In this document: positions 6,764 through 14,695 of the stretch, one piece after another
Numbering within the stretch: the stretch's first letter is position 1
How the letters are laid out: each line of letters opens with the position of its first letter
Assembly (NCBI GenBank): GCA_041599235.1
Contig: JBFHWZ010000002.1
Location: forward strand, 1-42,730
DNA length: 42,730 nucleotides
From: Candidatus Woesearchaeota archaeon
Lineage (GTDB): Archaea > Nanobdellota > Nanobdellia > Woesearchaeales > ARS49
Reading direction: 5' to 3'
Made by a program: the position numbers and the translations under genes
The notes under the pieces: model-generated
Told to the model about the DNA's origin: nothing
Databases searched by the model: none
The model's input: the letters and a program-made list of their open reading frames with translations, nothing else

Positions 6764-8797
6764 CGCAAGCTTAATGCTGGTCTTCAAATCGCGGATGTCA
6801 TAATCAAACAACTGGCGGTCTTCTTTTGACAACCGCAATTGATCCATCAGAACCTCAACTTCAGCAACTGCGCGCACAGCATGATCAACATTGCCCTGCA
6901 CCAACAGATCTTTTGCGCGCTCAATCATGGTGCGCACTTCAGGAAAGCGCGCTTCTTCAGGAGCGTGCGCGCCGATTAAGGGGCTGCGTTCTTTGCGCAA
7001 ATATTCTTCAAATGCTTTTTCCTTGCGTTCTTCAAGTGCTTCCAGCTCTTCTTCGCGGTGCGCTAAGATATCAACGCCTTTTGCCAGCCCTTGTTCACGC
7101 TCGCGAATATCTGCTTCTTTGCGCAGTAGTTCGCGCATGCGCTGCTTAGGCTTCAGGCCTTGCACCAGCAATTCCTTTTCAGCGTTATCGATAAGTTTCT
7201 GCAGTTCAAAATAGCGCTTTTCAAGTTTTGGAATTGCTTTTTTCATATCTTTTGCTCGAGCAAGCTTGAACTTTTCAGCATCTATTTTTTTCTTCTGATT
7301 CTCAGCATAGGCCAAAAGCTTTTTGGCCATTTTTTCCTGCTTGACAATTGCTTTCTTTTCAAGTGTGAATTTGGCATAGCGGCTGCCATACTCATCTTGC
7401 GCTTTTTCAAGCTGCTTGACGCGGTCAATGATTGTTTTTTCTTCTTTGAGCAAGCGTGCCTTGTCTTTTTCAAGCTGCTTGATGCTGTCGAGAATCTCCT
7501 GCTCTTTTTCTTCCAGGGCTTTTGAGTCTGTTTCAATAAGCGCTTTAACTTTCATGCGCACTTCGCGAATATCTTTTTTTTCATCTTTGAGCAAGGCGAG
7601 CTTATTGTCCCACTCGTGCTTCATGTTCTCAATCTCAGCGCGCCGTGCGTGCGTTTCGCGCTCAAGCGCTATTTTTTCCTGTGCCAGCTCAGCAATAGTG
7701 TCTTTGAGCTCCTTGTTGTGCTTGAGCCATTCCATTTCTCGCCGCACCATGTCTTTTTGCTTGAAGTCAATCTCTTTGAGTTTCCTGTCAACGTCCTTCT
7801 GCCGAAGCAGCACTTTTTTGTCAACTGCAAGCAAGACGTGCTCTTTTTTGCGCAACTCAATCAGCTGCGCGTTCTTTTGCTCAATGGTTTGGTTAAGCTC
7901 CTGAACCAGTTTTTTCTTATCTGCTAATGAGCGCTCTGTTTGCGCTTTAAGATCATCAAGGTGCTTGACTGCTTGCTCTTTCCGAGCAAGGTCGCCTTCC
8001 TGCTTGCGCAAGTAGGATTCTTGGGTGGCTAACTTCTTCTCCCATGCTTTGAGCTTTTTGCTGACTGATGCAAGCTTGGCATTTGCCTGCACAATATCGC
8101 TCTTATGCTTTTTGAGTTCCTCAAAGCCCTTCAGGTCGCGCTTTAATTGCTTGAGCTTCTTTTGTTTTTCGTCAATATCCTGCTCAAGCTTTTTGCTGAG
8201 CGATTCATAATGCGGCAAGCGTTTCTCTTTAAGGGAGAACTCTGCCAGCTTACTGCGCACTGCTTTTTCCTTGTTTGCAAGCTGTTCTTGCATGAGCTTT
8301 AGCTGGGCCTTCAAGGCCTTTTCCTGCTTGAGAATGGTGTTTGCGCTGCGCATCTCTTTGTTTTTTTGTGCAACAGTTGCTTCTAGCTGTTTAGCTTCTT
8401 TGCGCAATGCAGCAACTTTTTCTGCAAGAACTGGTTCCTGTTTCAGCAGGCGCTTTACCGTGCGCAGCTCAGCTTCCTGCTTGCGCACACTTGTTTCCCG
8501 CGCAGTAAGTTCGCTGCGCAGCTTCTTTTCCTTTTTGATTATCGTGAGTGCACTGGATGATTCGCGCTGGTGTTTTGCTTTGGCAGCTTCAAGCTCCCTG
8601 AGCTCTTGCTTGAGTGACGTGACTTTAGTGCGCAGCGCCTCTTCGTCTTCCATAAGCTTTTCAGCTTTTCTGAGAATGCGTTCGCGCTCTTTCAGCTCCT
8701 GGGCTTTTGCAGTAAGGTCTTTAGCAGTTGGTGTCTTGCTGAATAATGCTGCAACTACCAGTATATCTGCAAGTCCCCCAAGTACCCTCTTTTGCAT
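6752..8797 (-). CDS. Large K/E/L/Q-rich coiled-coil protein
   Basis: 681 aa, almost entirely heptad-like low complexity. Short hydrophobic N-terminus (LGGLADILVVAALF). No NTPase motifs seen. Confidence 0.6.
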   Translation of the reverse strand: MQKRVLGGLADILVVAALFSKTPTAKDLTAKAQELKERERILRKAEKLMEDEEALRTKVTSLKQELRELEAAKAKHQRESSSALTIIKKEKKLRSELTARETSVRKQEAELRTVKRLLKQEPVLAEKVAALRKEAKQLEATVAQKNKEMRSANTILKQEKALKAQLKLMQEQLANKEKAVRSKLAEFSLKEKRLPHYESLSKKLEQDIDEKQKKLKQLKRDLKGFEELKKHKSDIVQANAKLASVSKKLKAWEKKLATQESYLRKQEGDLARKEQAVKHLDDLKAQTERSLADKKKLVQELNQTIEQKNAQLIELRKKEHVLLAVDKKVLLRQKDVDRKLKEIDFKQKDMVRREMEWLKHNKELKDTIAELAQEKIALERETHARRAEIENMKHEWDNKLALLKDEKKDIREVRMKVKALIETDSKALEEKEQEILDSIKQLEKDKARLLKEEKTIIDRVKQLEKAQDEYGSRYAKFTLEKKAIVKQEKMAKKLLAYAENQKKKIDAEKFKLARAKDMKKAIPKLEKRYFELQKLIDNAEKELLVQGLKPKQRMRELLRKEADIREREQGLAKGVDILAHREEELEALEERKEKAFEEYLRKERSPLIGAHAPEEARFPEVRTMIERAKDLLVQGNVDHAVRAVAEVEVLMDQLRLSKEDRQLFDYDIRDLKTSIKLASLA

Positions 8798-8818
8798 ACG
8801 CTCAAGACACCTTTTACC

Positions 8819-8827
8819 ATTTAAAAT
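8819..8827 (-). promoter_or_regulatory. TATA-like box, 22 nt upstream of ATG 8797
   Basis: attttaaat on the minus strand. Confidence 0.45.
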
Positions 8828-8878
8828 GCTTTGTCATTCCTGGTTGATGAAGACTTTGGCACTGTTCAGAACATAACA

Positions 8879-8886
8879 TTTAAAAA
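8879..8886 (+). promoter_or_regulatory. TATA-like box (tttaaaaa) for the Zn-ribbon/ef1b operon
   Basis: Followed by SD GGAGGGG at 8909-8915 and ATG 8921. Confidence 0.4.
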
Positions 8887-8920
8887 TACTGTGCTGCCTC
8901 ACCTATGTGGAGGGGTTTTT

Positions 8921-9088
8921 ATGAAGAAAAGTTGTAACTCATGCAAGAAAGTGCTGGTCAATGCCCAAGGCTCGACTAGCTTCATGTGCCCTAACTGCAG
9001 CAAATATGAGATCAACCGCTGCGCCTACTGCCGCAAGCTTGCAGCAAAATATTCCTGTCCTGAATGCAATTTTGAGGGTCCGAACTAA
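8921..9088 (+). CDS. Zn-ribbon protein (COG2888-like), conserved neighbour of aEF-1beta
   Basis: 55 aa with four CxxC pairs (CNSC, CPNC, CAYC, CPEC). GGAGGGG lies 6 nt upstream of the ATG. The stop overlaps the ef1b start by 1 nt. Confidence 0.6.
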   Translation: MKKSCNSCKKVLVNAQGSTSFMCPNCSKYEINRCAYCRKLAAKYSCPECNFEGPN

Positions 9089-9363
9089 TGGCAACAGTGA
9101 TAGTAACTGTGAAACTTATGCCTGAAAGCGCTGACATCAGCCTTGCTGATATACAGAAAGCTGCAGAACAAGCTATCACAGCCTTTGGAGCTGAGCCAAG
9201 CAAAGCAGATATTGAGCCAGTTGCATTTGGCCTTAAGGCGCTTAATCTTATCTTTGTCATGGACGAAGCCAAAGGCAGCACTGAACCGCTTGAAGCAGAG
9301 CTGGCAAAAGTCCCGGGTGTTGCGTCAGTGCAAGTAACTGATGTCCGCAGGACACTTGGCTAA
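9088..9363 (+). CDS. ef1b: Elongation factor 1-beta (aEF-1beta)
   Basis: 91 aa. VKLMPES...IEPVAFGLKAL...VQVTDVRR is typical of archaeal EF-1beta. Confidence 0.85.
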   Translation: MATVIVTVKLMPESADISLADIQKAAEQAITAFGAEPSKADIEPVAFGLKALNLIFVMDEAKGSTEPLEAELAKVPGVASVQVTDVRRTLG

Positions 9364-10305
9364 ATGGCAGCAAAAAAACAAAACAAAAACTGGATTATTA
9401 TTCTTGGAATTCTCATAATTGCACTTCTGATATATATTCCACTGCAACCAAAAGAACCAACTGCAGTGCCAGAGAATATCACTAACCTCACCAAAGAACC
9501 AGTACTAGCAGGCATTCAAAAAGGGGACTTGGTAACTCTTAATTTTGTGTTATCCTTAGAAGATGGCACGGTTGTTGACACTAATAATGCAGATCTTGCC
9601 AAGCAGTATGAGCTGGAGAACTATGCCACAGGGCCTGTCAAGTTGATCGTGGGCAAAAGCGGCAAAGTCAAAGGCTTTGACAATGCACTCATAGGACTTG
9701 CTGAAGGAGCATCAGCGCAAAAAAGCATAGAACCAAGCGAGAAAATACTTTTTATTGAAAAGCCTATTCGCGAAAAAATAGTGCGCCAGCAAGCACTGCC
9801 GCGCGTGCAGAAGTTTCCCCTCGCAGCCTTTAAGGGCTTATTTGGCAAGCCCGCCATCAAGGGCACAGTAGTGTACAACCCTGAGCTTGTGTTCAAGTAC
9901 CAAGTGCTTAATGTGACTGAAAAAAACGCATGGGCACAAGTGCTGGTGAAGCAAGGCGAGGAATACACCTTGCAAGGCAACCAGTGGTCATCGCACGTGC
10001 TTGAGGTTGGCGAAAAAGTATTTACTGTTGTGCACAATCCAGAAGACAATCAAACTTTTGAAACAGACTTTGGCATAGCAGTTATTGAATTGAAAGATCG
10101 CAGCTTTTATCTTAACCATCGGCCTGAACTGAACAGGGTTCTCAGCCAGGCTGTTGACATAGGCAAAGAGTTCAATCCTCTTGCTGACTTTAAAATTACT
10201 GAGGTCAGTGAAACAGCGTTCTTATTGCGACGCGTAAACTACCTGCCGCAAGAACACCTGACCTTGGATGTTGAAGTTCTCAGCATAGAAAAAATCAATT
10301 CTTAA
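9364..10305 (+). CDS. Membrane-anchored FKBP-type peptidyl-prolyl isomerase-like protein
   Basis: N-terminal TM helix (WIIILGILIIALLIYI), then GDLVTLNFVLSLEDGTVVDTN...KLIVGKSGKVKGFDNALIGLAEG, which resembles an FKBP core. Confidence 0.5.
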   Translation: MAAKKQNKNWIIILGILIIALLIYIPLQPKEPTAVPENITNLTKEPVLAGIQKGDLVTLNFVLSLEDGTVVDTNNADLAKQYELENYATGPVKLIVGKSGKVKGFDNALIGLAEGASAQKSIEPSEKILFIEKPIREKIVRQQALPRVQKFPLAAFKGLFGKPAIKGTVVYNPELVFKYQVLNVTEKNAWAQVLVKQGEEYTLQGNQWSSHVLEVGEKVFTVVHNPEDNQTFETDFGIAVIELKDRSFYLNHRPELNRVLSQAVDIGKEFNPLADFKITEVSETAFLLRRVNYLPQEHLTLDVEVLSIEKINS

Positions 10306-11395
10306 GCAGCTTGGTGAATGCTGCTGCAGGCATGGTTGTTCGAATACCATACGGGCTGAAATGCGACAGTGCAGCGCTGTAGCCTTTTTTTCGCATTGCT
10401 GCTAACACCCGGTCGTGCTTAGGCACAGGGCGTTTCACTTTCTTGCAAAACGTGTGCAGGTCTAAAAAGCCAACTACTGGAATCTGCGCTTCTTTGGCAA
10501 ACACTGCCAGTTCTGGATTTGCTTTTGCCATTTTTTTGGCAAGCTGCTTGTCCCAGAGCGGACCAAGCCAGAGCGGGCCTGCTGCATGCATGCGTTTCTT
10601 GCAGCACTGGCCAGCATTGTCACCACTTGCTTTTCGCGAGAGGCATGCAGCGCAGTAGAGCAGATAGCTATGCTGCTTGAGCAGGGCATCTACTGCAGAT
10701 TTTGATTTTGTGCACGAAAAATAAACCCGCATATAATGCGCAGTGCTGTGAGAAAAGATCGGCACAAGCGCTTTATCGTATTGTGCGCCAATCAACTGCG
10801 CTTTGCGTATCAAAATACGTATACCTATTTCGTGCATAAGCTCATTGCGCAAGGGCTGCGCCCAATACTTGCGCGTACAGCTTTTAGGATAGCTGCCTGC
10901 CAAGGCACTGACATCAGTTGCCGTAACAGCAAGAATGCCCTGCCGGGACAATCTCTTTATGGCTGCATCTAAAAAAGGATTGGGGCTGCCAAAGGGATCA
11001 ATATCAATATACTCCATGCCTGAAGCGTCAAGCAGAAACTGGCTTGCCTCTTTGCAGGAAACTGTTGCGTTCACTTTATTTTTTGCAAGATTTTTTTTAA
11101 GCAGTTTTACTGCTGCAGGATTTGCGTCATTAGCAAACAGTTCTTTGATGATGCCTTTGTTGAGTTCTTTTCTGAACCGAATGCTGCGTATGCCCGAGCC
11201 AGCAAGCAGATCGCAGAGGCGCAGCTTTTTTGGGTTGAGCGCATTAAGCAGTGCAATAGCAACGTCCCTGTTGAACTTCATCTGCGGATTATAGAAAACT
11301 GGCAAGGCCTTTGACACAACTGTTGCTGTCGGAACAGTGATGGTGGCAGCGCCTTCCTTAACTTGTTGAAGCTTTGCCTTTTGCTGCACACTCAT
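10295..11395 (-). CDS. trm1: tRNA (guanine(26)-N2)-dimethyltransferase Trm1
   Basis: EGAATITVP...VFYNPQMKFNRDVAI...DLLAGSGIRSIRF and a Cys cluster are typical of Trm1. Start taken at MSVQQK (11395). The longer ORF start at 11440 is possible. Confidence 0.85.
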   Translation of the reverse strand: MSVQQKAKLQQVKEGAATITVPTATVVSKALPVFYNPQMKFNRDVAIALLNALNPKKLRLCDLLAGSGIRSIRFRKELNKGIIKELFANDANPAAVKLLKKNLAKNKVNATVSCKEASQFLLDASGMEYIDIDPFGSPNPFLDAAIKRLSRQGILAVTATDVSALAGSYPKSCTRKYWAQPLRNELMHEIGIRILIRKAQLIGAQYDKALVPIFSHSTAHYMRVYFSCTKSKSAVDALLKQHSYLLYCAACLSRKASGDNAGQCCKKRMHAAGPLWLGPLWDKQLAKKMAKANPELAVFAKEAQIPVVGFLDLHTFCKKVKRPVPKHDRVLAAMRKKGYSAALSHFSPYGIRTTMPAAAFTKLLKN

Positions 11396-11732
11396 TGGAA
11401 CAGAAAAAGTGCGGTGTGTGATCAATCTCCCGCTCAACAACCTCGTCTTGATTCTGGCTTAAGACTTTGCCACAGTGCGCGCATGTGCCTTGGCTGCCGC
11501 GTCCTGCTGCACCTTCACTGAAGGCTTCTTCAGCTGGCGACACTTGATCATCTTCAAGCAACTCTTCTCGTCCTTCCTCAGAATACACATCAGCGTCTTT
11601 TTCACCAGTGTGCATTTTTGTTTCAACTTCATCGCTGGACTCTGTGTGCTCGTTTTCCAAGAACTGCTCTTTTTCACTGTTCACGTCTTCTTTTTTCAAG
11701 TCGCCTTCAAAAATAGTCTTCTTTTCAGCCAT
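11358..11732 (-). CDS. Acidic protein with C-terminal TRASH/FCS-like zinc finger
   Basis: MAEKKTIFEG..., E/D-rich, ending in CAHC-x23-FCSNEC (a C-x2-C...C-x3-C pattern). A TATA box lies 23 nt upstream of ATG 11732. The 3' end overlaps the trm1 start. Confidence 0.5.
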   Translation of the reverse strand: MAEKKTIFEGDLKKEDVNSEKEQFLENEHTESSDEVETKMHTGEKDADVYSEEGREELLEDDQVSPAEEAFSEGAAGRGSQGTCAHCGKVLSQNQDEVVEREIDHTPHFFCSNECAAKGKASTS

Positions 11733-11754
11733 GCACAAACTGGTTCGTGCTGAG

Positions 11755-11762
11755 TATTTAAA
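11755..11762 (-). promoter_or_regulatory. TATA box (tttaaata), 23 nt upstream of ATG 11732, overlapping the xpd stop codon
   Basis: The minus strand reads aaaaagtttaaata. The xpd TAA is at 11758-11760. Confidence 0.5.
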
Positions 11763-13599
11763 CTTTTTGCTGGAAGAATGAGCTGATTTCTTTCTGGTAG
11801 TCAACTGCAATTTTGATGTTCCAGTCGCTGGGGAAGCACTTGAAGTAGCGCGGCCACGTATAGCGCTCATCCAAGAACACAATCACGCCGCGGTCTGTTT
11901 CGCTGCGAATGCACCGCCCTGCATTTTGCATGCACTTAGTTAATGCAGGCAGGATGTAGCCATAATCCCAGCCTTTGCTGAACTTGTGATCATAATATTC
12001 GATCAACTGCTTGGTCTCTAAATCAGGCCGGTCAAGAGGCAAGCCAACAACAATGACGCAGTCAAGGACGCCCGGCAGGTCAATACCCTCGCCAAAACTG
12101 CCTGCTGCGACACCCAATAACACAGCCCCTTTGTCTTTGTATGCCTTGAATTTTTCAAGCAATTCCTGCTTTTCTTCCTTGGAAAGCTTGGGGTGCTCTA
12201 AAAACACGGGCTTGGTTGTTGTCAGGTGATTATTGACTGCATCGCGGAGCTGATAGCTGGGGAAAAAAATAGCGCAACAGCCTGGCACTGTTTTGATGAT
12301 ATCGCTGCAATGCTGTGCAATGCGCTTAAACTGCTCTTCGCTCCGCAAGGTAAATTTGGTTGAGGTCCGTGGAATAACCAAGGCCAGCTTGTTCTGCTGA
12401 GGAAAAGGATTGGGCAATTCAATCTGCTTTGTCGCATCAGGAAACCCAAGAATGTCGTAATATTGTGCAGTGGGGCTTAAGGTGCCTGACATCAAAATAG
12501 TTGCATACGCAGTGTCAAGAACAGTGGTGCTGGCAACTGACGGGTCAAGACAGCGATGATTGATCTCAATGCGCTCATCATGCTTTGCCAGAATGCGCGC
12601 AAAGCCAAGATTATTTTCTGGCCAGTATTCTAAGAAGGTTGCAATGGTTCCCAAGCTGCTTGTTTTCTGCTCTTCACGTATGTGGTCAGCTGCAGCTTTG
12701 AGTTCAGTGATGAATGCGTCATAGGGCTTGGCAGCAGTCACGCCGTCAACCAATGCATCTTTGCGCACCAGCTTTTCAGTGCCTGCACTGATGCCTTCTG
12801 CAAGCGCGAACAGCAGCGCATCAAGTTCTCGCAAGGGCAATAGCAGCTCATCATAGGAATATTTTTGCGCTTCTTTGATTGCGCGCCGTATGAGTTGCGT
12901 GCTCAGTTTGTTGGTGAACAATTCGCGCAAGCGCGAAGGCAGGTTATGGCCTTCATCAACAATCACAATTGCTTTTTCCAGTGTTTTGCCGGTTTTGGTC
13001 AGGAAACTGTCGCGGATACTGGGGTTGAAGAGATAATAATAATCGCATATGATAACTTTTGATTTTTCAGCAAGCATCAAGCTCATCTCATACGGGCAGA
13101 CTGCGCCTTGCTTGCTGAGCTCCATAACGTCTTCTGTTGGCAAGGGACTTTTCTTTTCAAGATCTTCAAGCACAACCAGTGCTTTGGCATTATTTTTGCC
13201 GCGCGCATTCAAATAATATTGGCACTTGCCATCTTCACGCATAGCTTTGCAAAACTCAGTAAAGTCATTTGAGTACATGGTGTGCGTGCCTGGAAACAAG
13301 CACATCCATTTTTTGCCGATGATGGAGGTTGCTGCAGTGGTGAGATTATACTTGCGCTTGATGTCTGTTATGGTATCAAGCACGATCTTGTGCTGGGTGT
13401 GCCGTGAGGTCAGAAAAAAGACTGTCAAGCCGTGCTTGATGGCATAGGTTAAGGCAGGCGCAAGGGTTGCAGCTGTTTTGCCCAAGCCGGTTGGCGCGTG
13501 CGCTATGAGGTTCTGTTTGCGCTCAAGCACTTCCTGAACGCTGCGCACAAGCTTGTCCTGTATAGGCCTGATTTTTTCATGGGGAAAAAAGAGCTGCAT
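11758..13599 (-). CDS. xpd: XPD/Rad3-family Fe-S DNA helicase
   Basis: Walker A APTGLGKT, DEAH-type box VDEGHNL, and four Cys between them (CLFPG, C, C, CPYE) fit an Fe-S domain. 613 aa. Confidence 0.85.
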   Translation of the reverse strand: MQLFFPHEKIRPIQDKLVRSVQEVLERKQNLIAHAPTGLGKTAATLAPALTYAIKHGLTVFFLTSRHTQHKIVLDTITDIKRKYNLTTAATSIIGKKWMCLFPGTHTMYSNDFTEFCKAMREDGKCQYYLNARGKNNAKALVVLEDLEKKSPLPTEDVMELSKQGAVCPYEMSLMLAEKSKVIICDYYYLFNPSIRDSFLTKTGKTLEKAIVIVDEGHNLPSRLRELFTNKLSTQLIRRAIKEAQKYSYDELLLPLRELDALLFALAEGISAGTEKLVRKDALVDGVTAAKPYDAFITELKAAADHIREEQKTSSLGTIATFLEYWPENNLGFARILAKHDERIEINHRCLDPSVASTTVLDTAYATILMSGTLSPTAQYYDILGFPDATKQIELPNPFPQQNKLALVIPRTSTKFTLRSEEQFKRIAQHCSDIIKTVPGCCAIFFPSYQLRDAVNNHLTTTKPVFLEHPKLSKEEKQELLEKFKAYKDKGAVLLGVAAGSFGEGIDLPGVLDCVIVVGLPLDRPDLETKQLIEYYDHKFSKGWDYGYILPALTKCMQNAGRCIRSETDRGVIVFLDERYTWPRYFKCFPSDWNIKIAVDYQKEISSFFQQKV

Positions 13600-13620
13600 G
13601 GTCCTAGCAAGCGCGGCTTG

Positions 13621-13628
13621 TTTAAATC
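13621..13628 (-). promoter_or_regulatory. TATA-like box about 22 nt upstream of xpd ATG 13599
   Basis: The minus strand reads aaaagatttaaac. Confidence 0.4.
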
Positions 13629-13716
13629 TTTTGCGGCGACGAGTACGGAACTGTTACGGAGCGTTGTTTCCCCTCGGGAGTTACTGCTTTACACTTTTTG
13701 AAAAATAAATTGGTTT

Positions 13717-13732
13717 ACGAAAGGTTTAAATA
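13717..13732 (+). promoter_or_regulatory. BRE/TATA 16-mer acgaaaggtttaaata (distal copy)
   Basis: Exact duplicate of the 16-mer at 13791. No ORF lies at leaderless distance. Confidence 0.5.
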
Positions 13733-13790
13733 GAACATTGAATTACTGAAAATCACAACTAAGTCTTTGTTTGTCTAAAAAATTTAACAA

Positions 13791-13806
13791 ACGAAAGGTT
13801 TAAATA
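13791..13806 (+). promoter_or_regulatory. BRE/TATA 16-mer acgaaaggtttaaata (proximal copy) for the wHTH regulator gene
   Basis: 33 nt upstream of TTG 13839. Confidence 0.6.
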
Positions 13807-13838
13807 TATCCCGTAATATAACCATTAAAGAAAATAGA

Positions 13839-14120
13839 TTGGGTGGTTGCGTGAAAAACAAGGAAATATTCAAAGTTTTTTTCCGAGAGAAACCGGCTAT
13901 GATGCTGGTCGAGCTTCGCAACAATAAAAGTGAGGTGTATGCCTCAGCGCTTGCAAAGCAAATTGACTGCACCTATTCTCATGTCGTTAAAATTCTGCAA
14001 GAAATGGAGCGCGAAGGACTTATCAACTTTGATAAGCAGGGGCGCCTGAAGCTTCTGACCTTAACCAAAAAGGGACAAGAGATTGCCAGCAGAATTGATG
14101 ACGTCCGATCAATATTGTAA
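13839..14120 (+). CDS. Small winged-helix transcription regulator (MarR/ArsR-like)
   Basis: 93 aa. YASALAKQIDCTYSHVVKILQEMEREGLINFDKQGRLKLLTLTKKG is HTH plus wing. TTG start at 13839; the alternative GTG at 13851 is preceded by GGTGG. Confidence 0.6.
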   Translation: MGGCVKNKEIFKVFFREKPAMMLVELRNNKSEVYASALAKQIDCTYSHVVKILQEMEREGLINFDKQGRLKLLTLTKKGQEIASRIDDVRSIL

Positions 14121-14142
14121 AAAAATAAGAAGTTCTTTTTTT
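14121..14142. terminator. Shared A-run/T-run between convergent genes (bidirectional oligo-T signals)
   Basis: aaaaataagaagttcttttttt lies between the stops at 14120 (+) and 14141 (-). Confidence 0.35.
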
Positions 14143-14596
14143 ATTCTGTATACATCTTGACGTTCTTAGGATCGTACTTCCATTCAACAGGAATGGTTCC
14201 AGCCTGCTTGTGATATTTGACCAAGCGGTTGATCTTGCTTTCAGTTAACTGCAAGCCGCGCTTGGCAGTCATATCCTGTTTGTTTAATTCCATGTGAGAA
14301 CGAATCTTGTCAACGCGCCGCATAAGCGCAATAACTTCATCAGGCAGCTCTTTGGTGAGCTTTTTTTCTTTGAGTATGTCAGTGATTGATTTTTCGGCAA
14401 TCAGTTTGACATTAGGAACACCATAGCTGTCCCGCAATACAACACCAATTTCACTGGCAGCTTTGCCTTCTTTAGCAAGCTTGACCACCAACAAGGTGAC
14501 TTCATCAGCACTGTATCTAAGCCAGGTTGGTTTTGACGGCTTCATAGGCCGCTTGCTTCCAGATTTTCCTTTCTTTCTTGAATAGAGTCTTGCCAT
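14141..14596 (-). CDS. rps15: 30S ribosomal protein S15 (uS15, S13e type)
   Basis: MARLYSRKKGKSGSKRP... is a typical archaeal S15 N-terminus. The internal ATG at 14596 is preferred over the ORF-track start at 14632. Confidence 0.85.
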   Translation of the reverse strand: MARLYSRKKGKSGSKRPMKPSKPTWLRYSADEVTLLVVKLAKEGKAASEIGVVLRDSYGVPNVKLIAEKSITDILKEKKLTKELPDEVIALMRRVDKIRSHMELNKQDMTAKRGLQLTESKINRLVKYHKQAGTIPVEWKYDPKNVKMYTE

Positions 14597-14680
14597 AACC
14601 CACCTTGGAGAACACGTCTCCAGCATACGCAAGCCATAACCGGCGTATCTTTCGTGATATGGTGCATTAATAGAGGAGCG

Positions 14681-14695
14681 TATTTAAACCTTTTG
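14681..14695 (-). promoter_or_regulatory. BRE/TATA (caaaaggtttaaata) for rps15, overlapping the upstream gene's stop codon
   Basis: Minus-strand read. It implies a leader of about 55-60 nt containing the hairpin ggagacgtgttctcc. Confidence 0.5.

Noticed and set aside
6826-8876. Multiple plus-strand ORFs (6826-7149, 7416-7904, 8271-8876 and others) opposite the 681-aa coiled-coil gene
   Set aside because: They are Ser/Cys/Phe-rich antisense translations of a Lys/Glu-rich repeat gene, a typical shadow-ORF artefact.
13640-13700. Possible small RNA (C/D box or hairpin) between the xpd promoter and the duplicated TATA
   Set aside because: Only weak features are present: a tacgga direct repeat and a 3-bp ccc/ggg stem. 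There are no C/D or H/ACA box motifs, so the evidence is insufficient.
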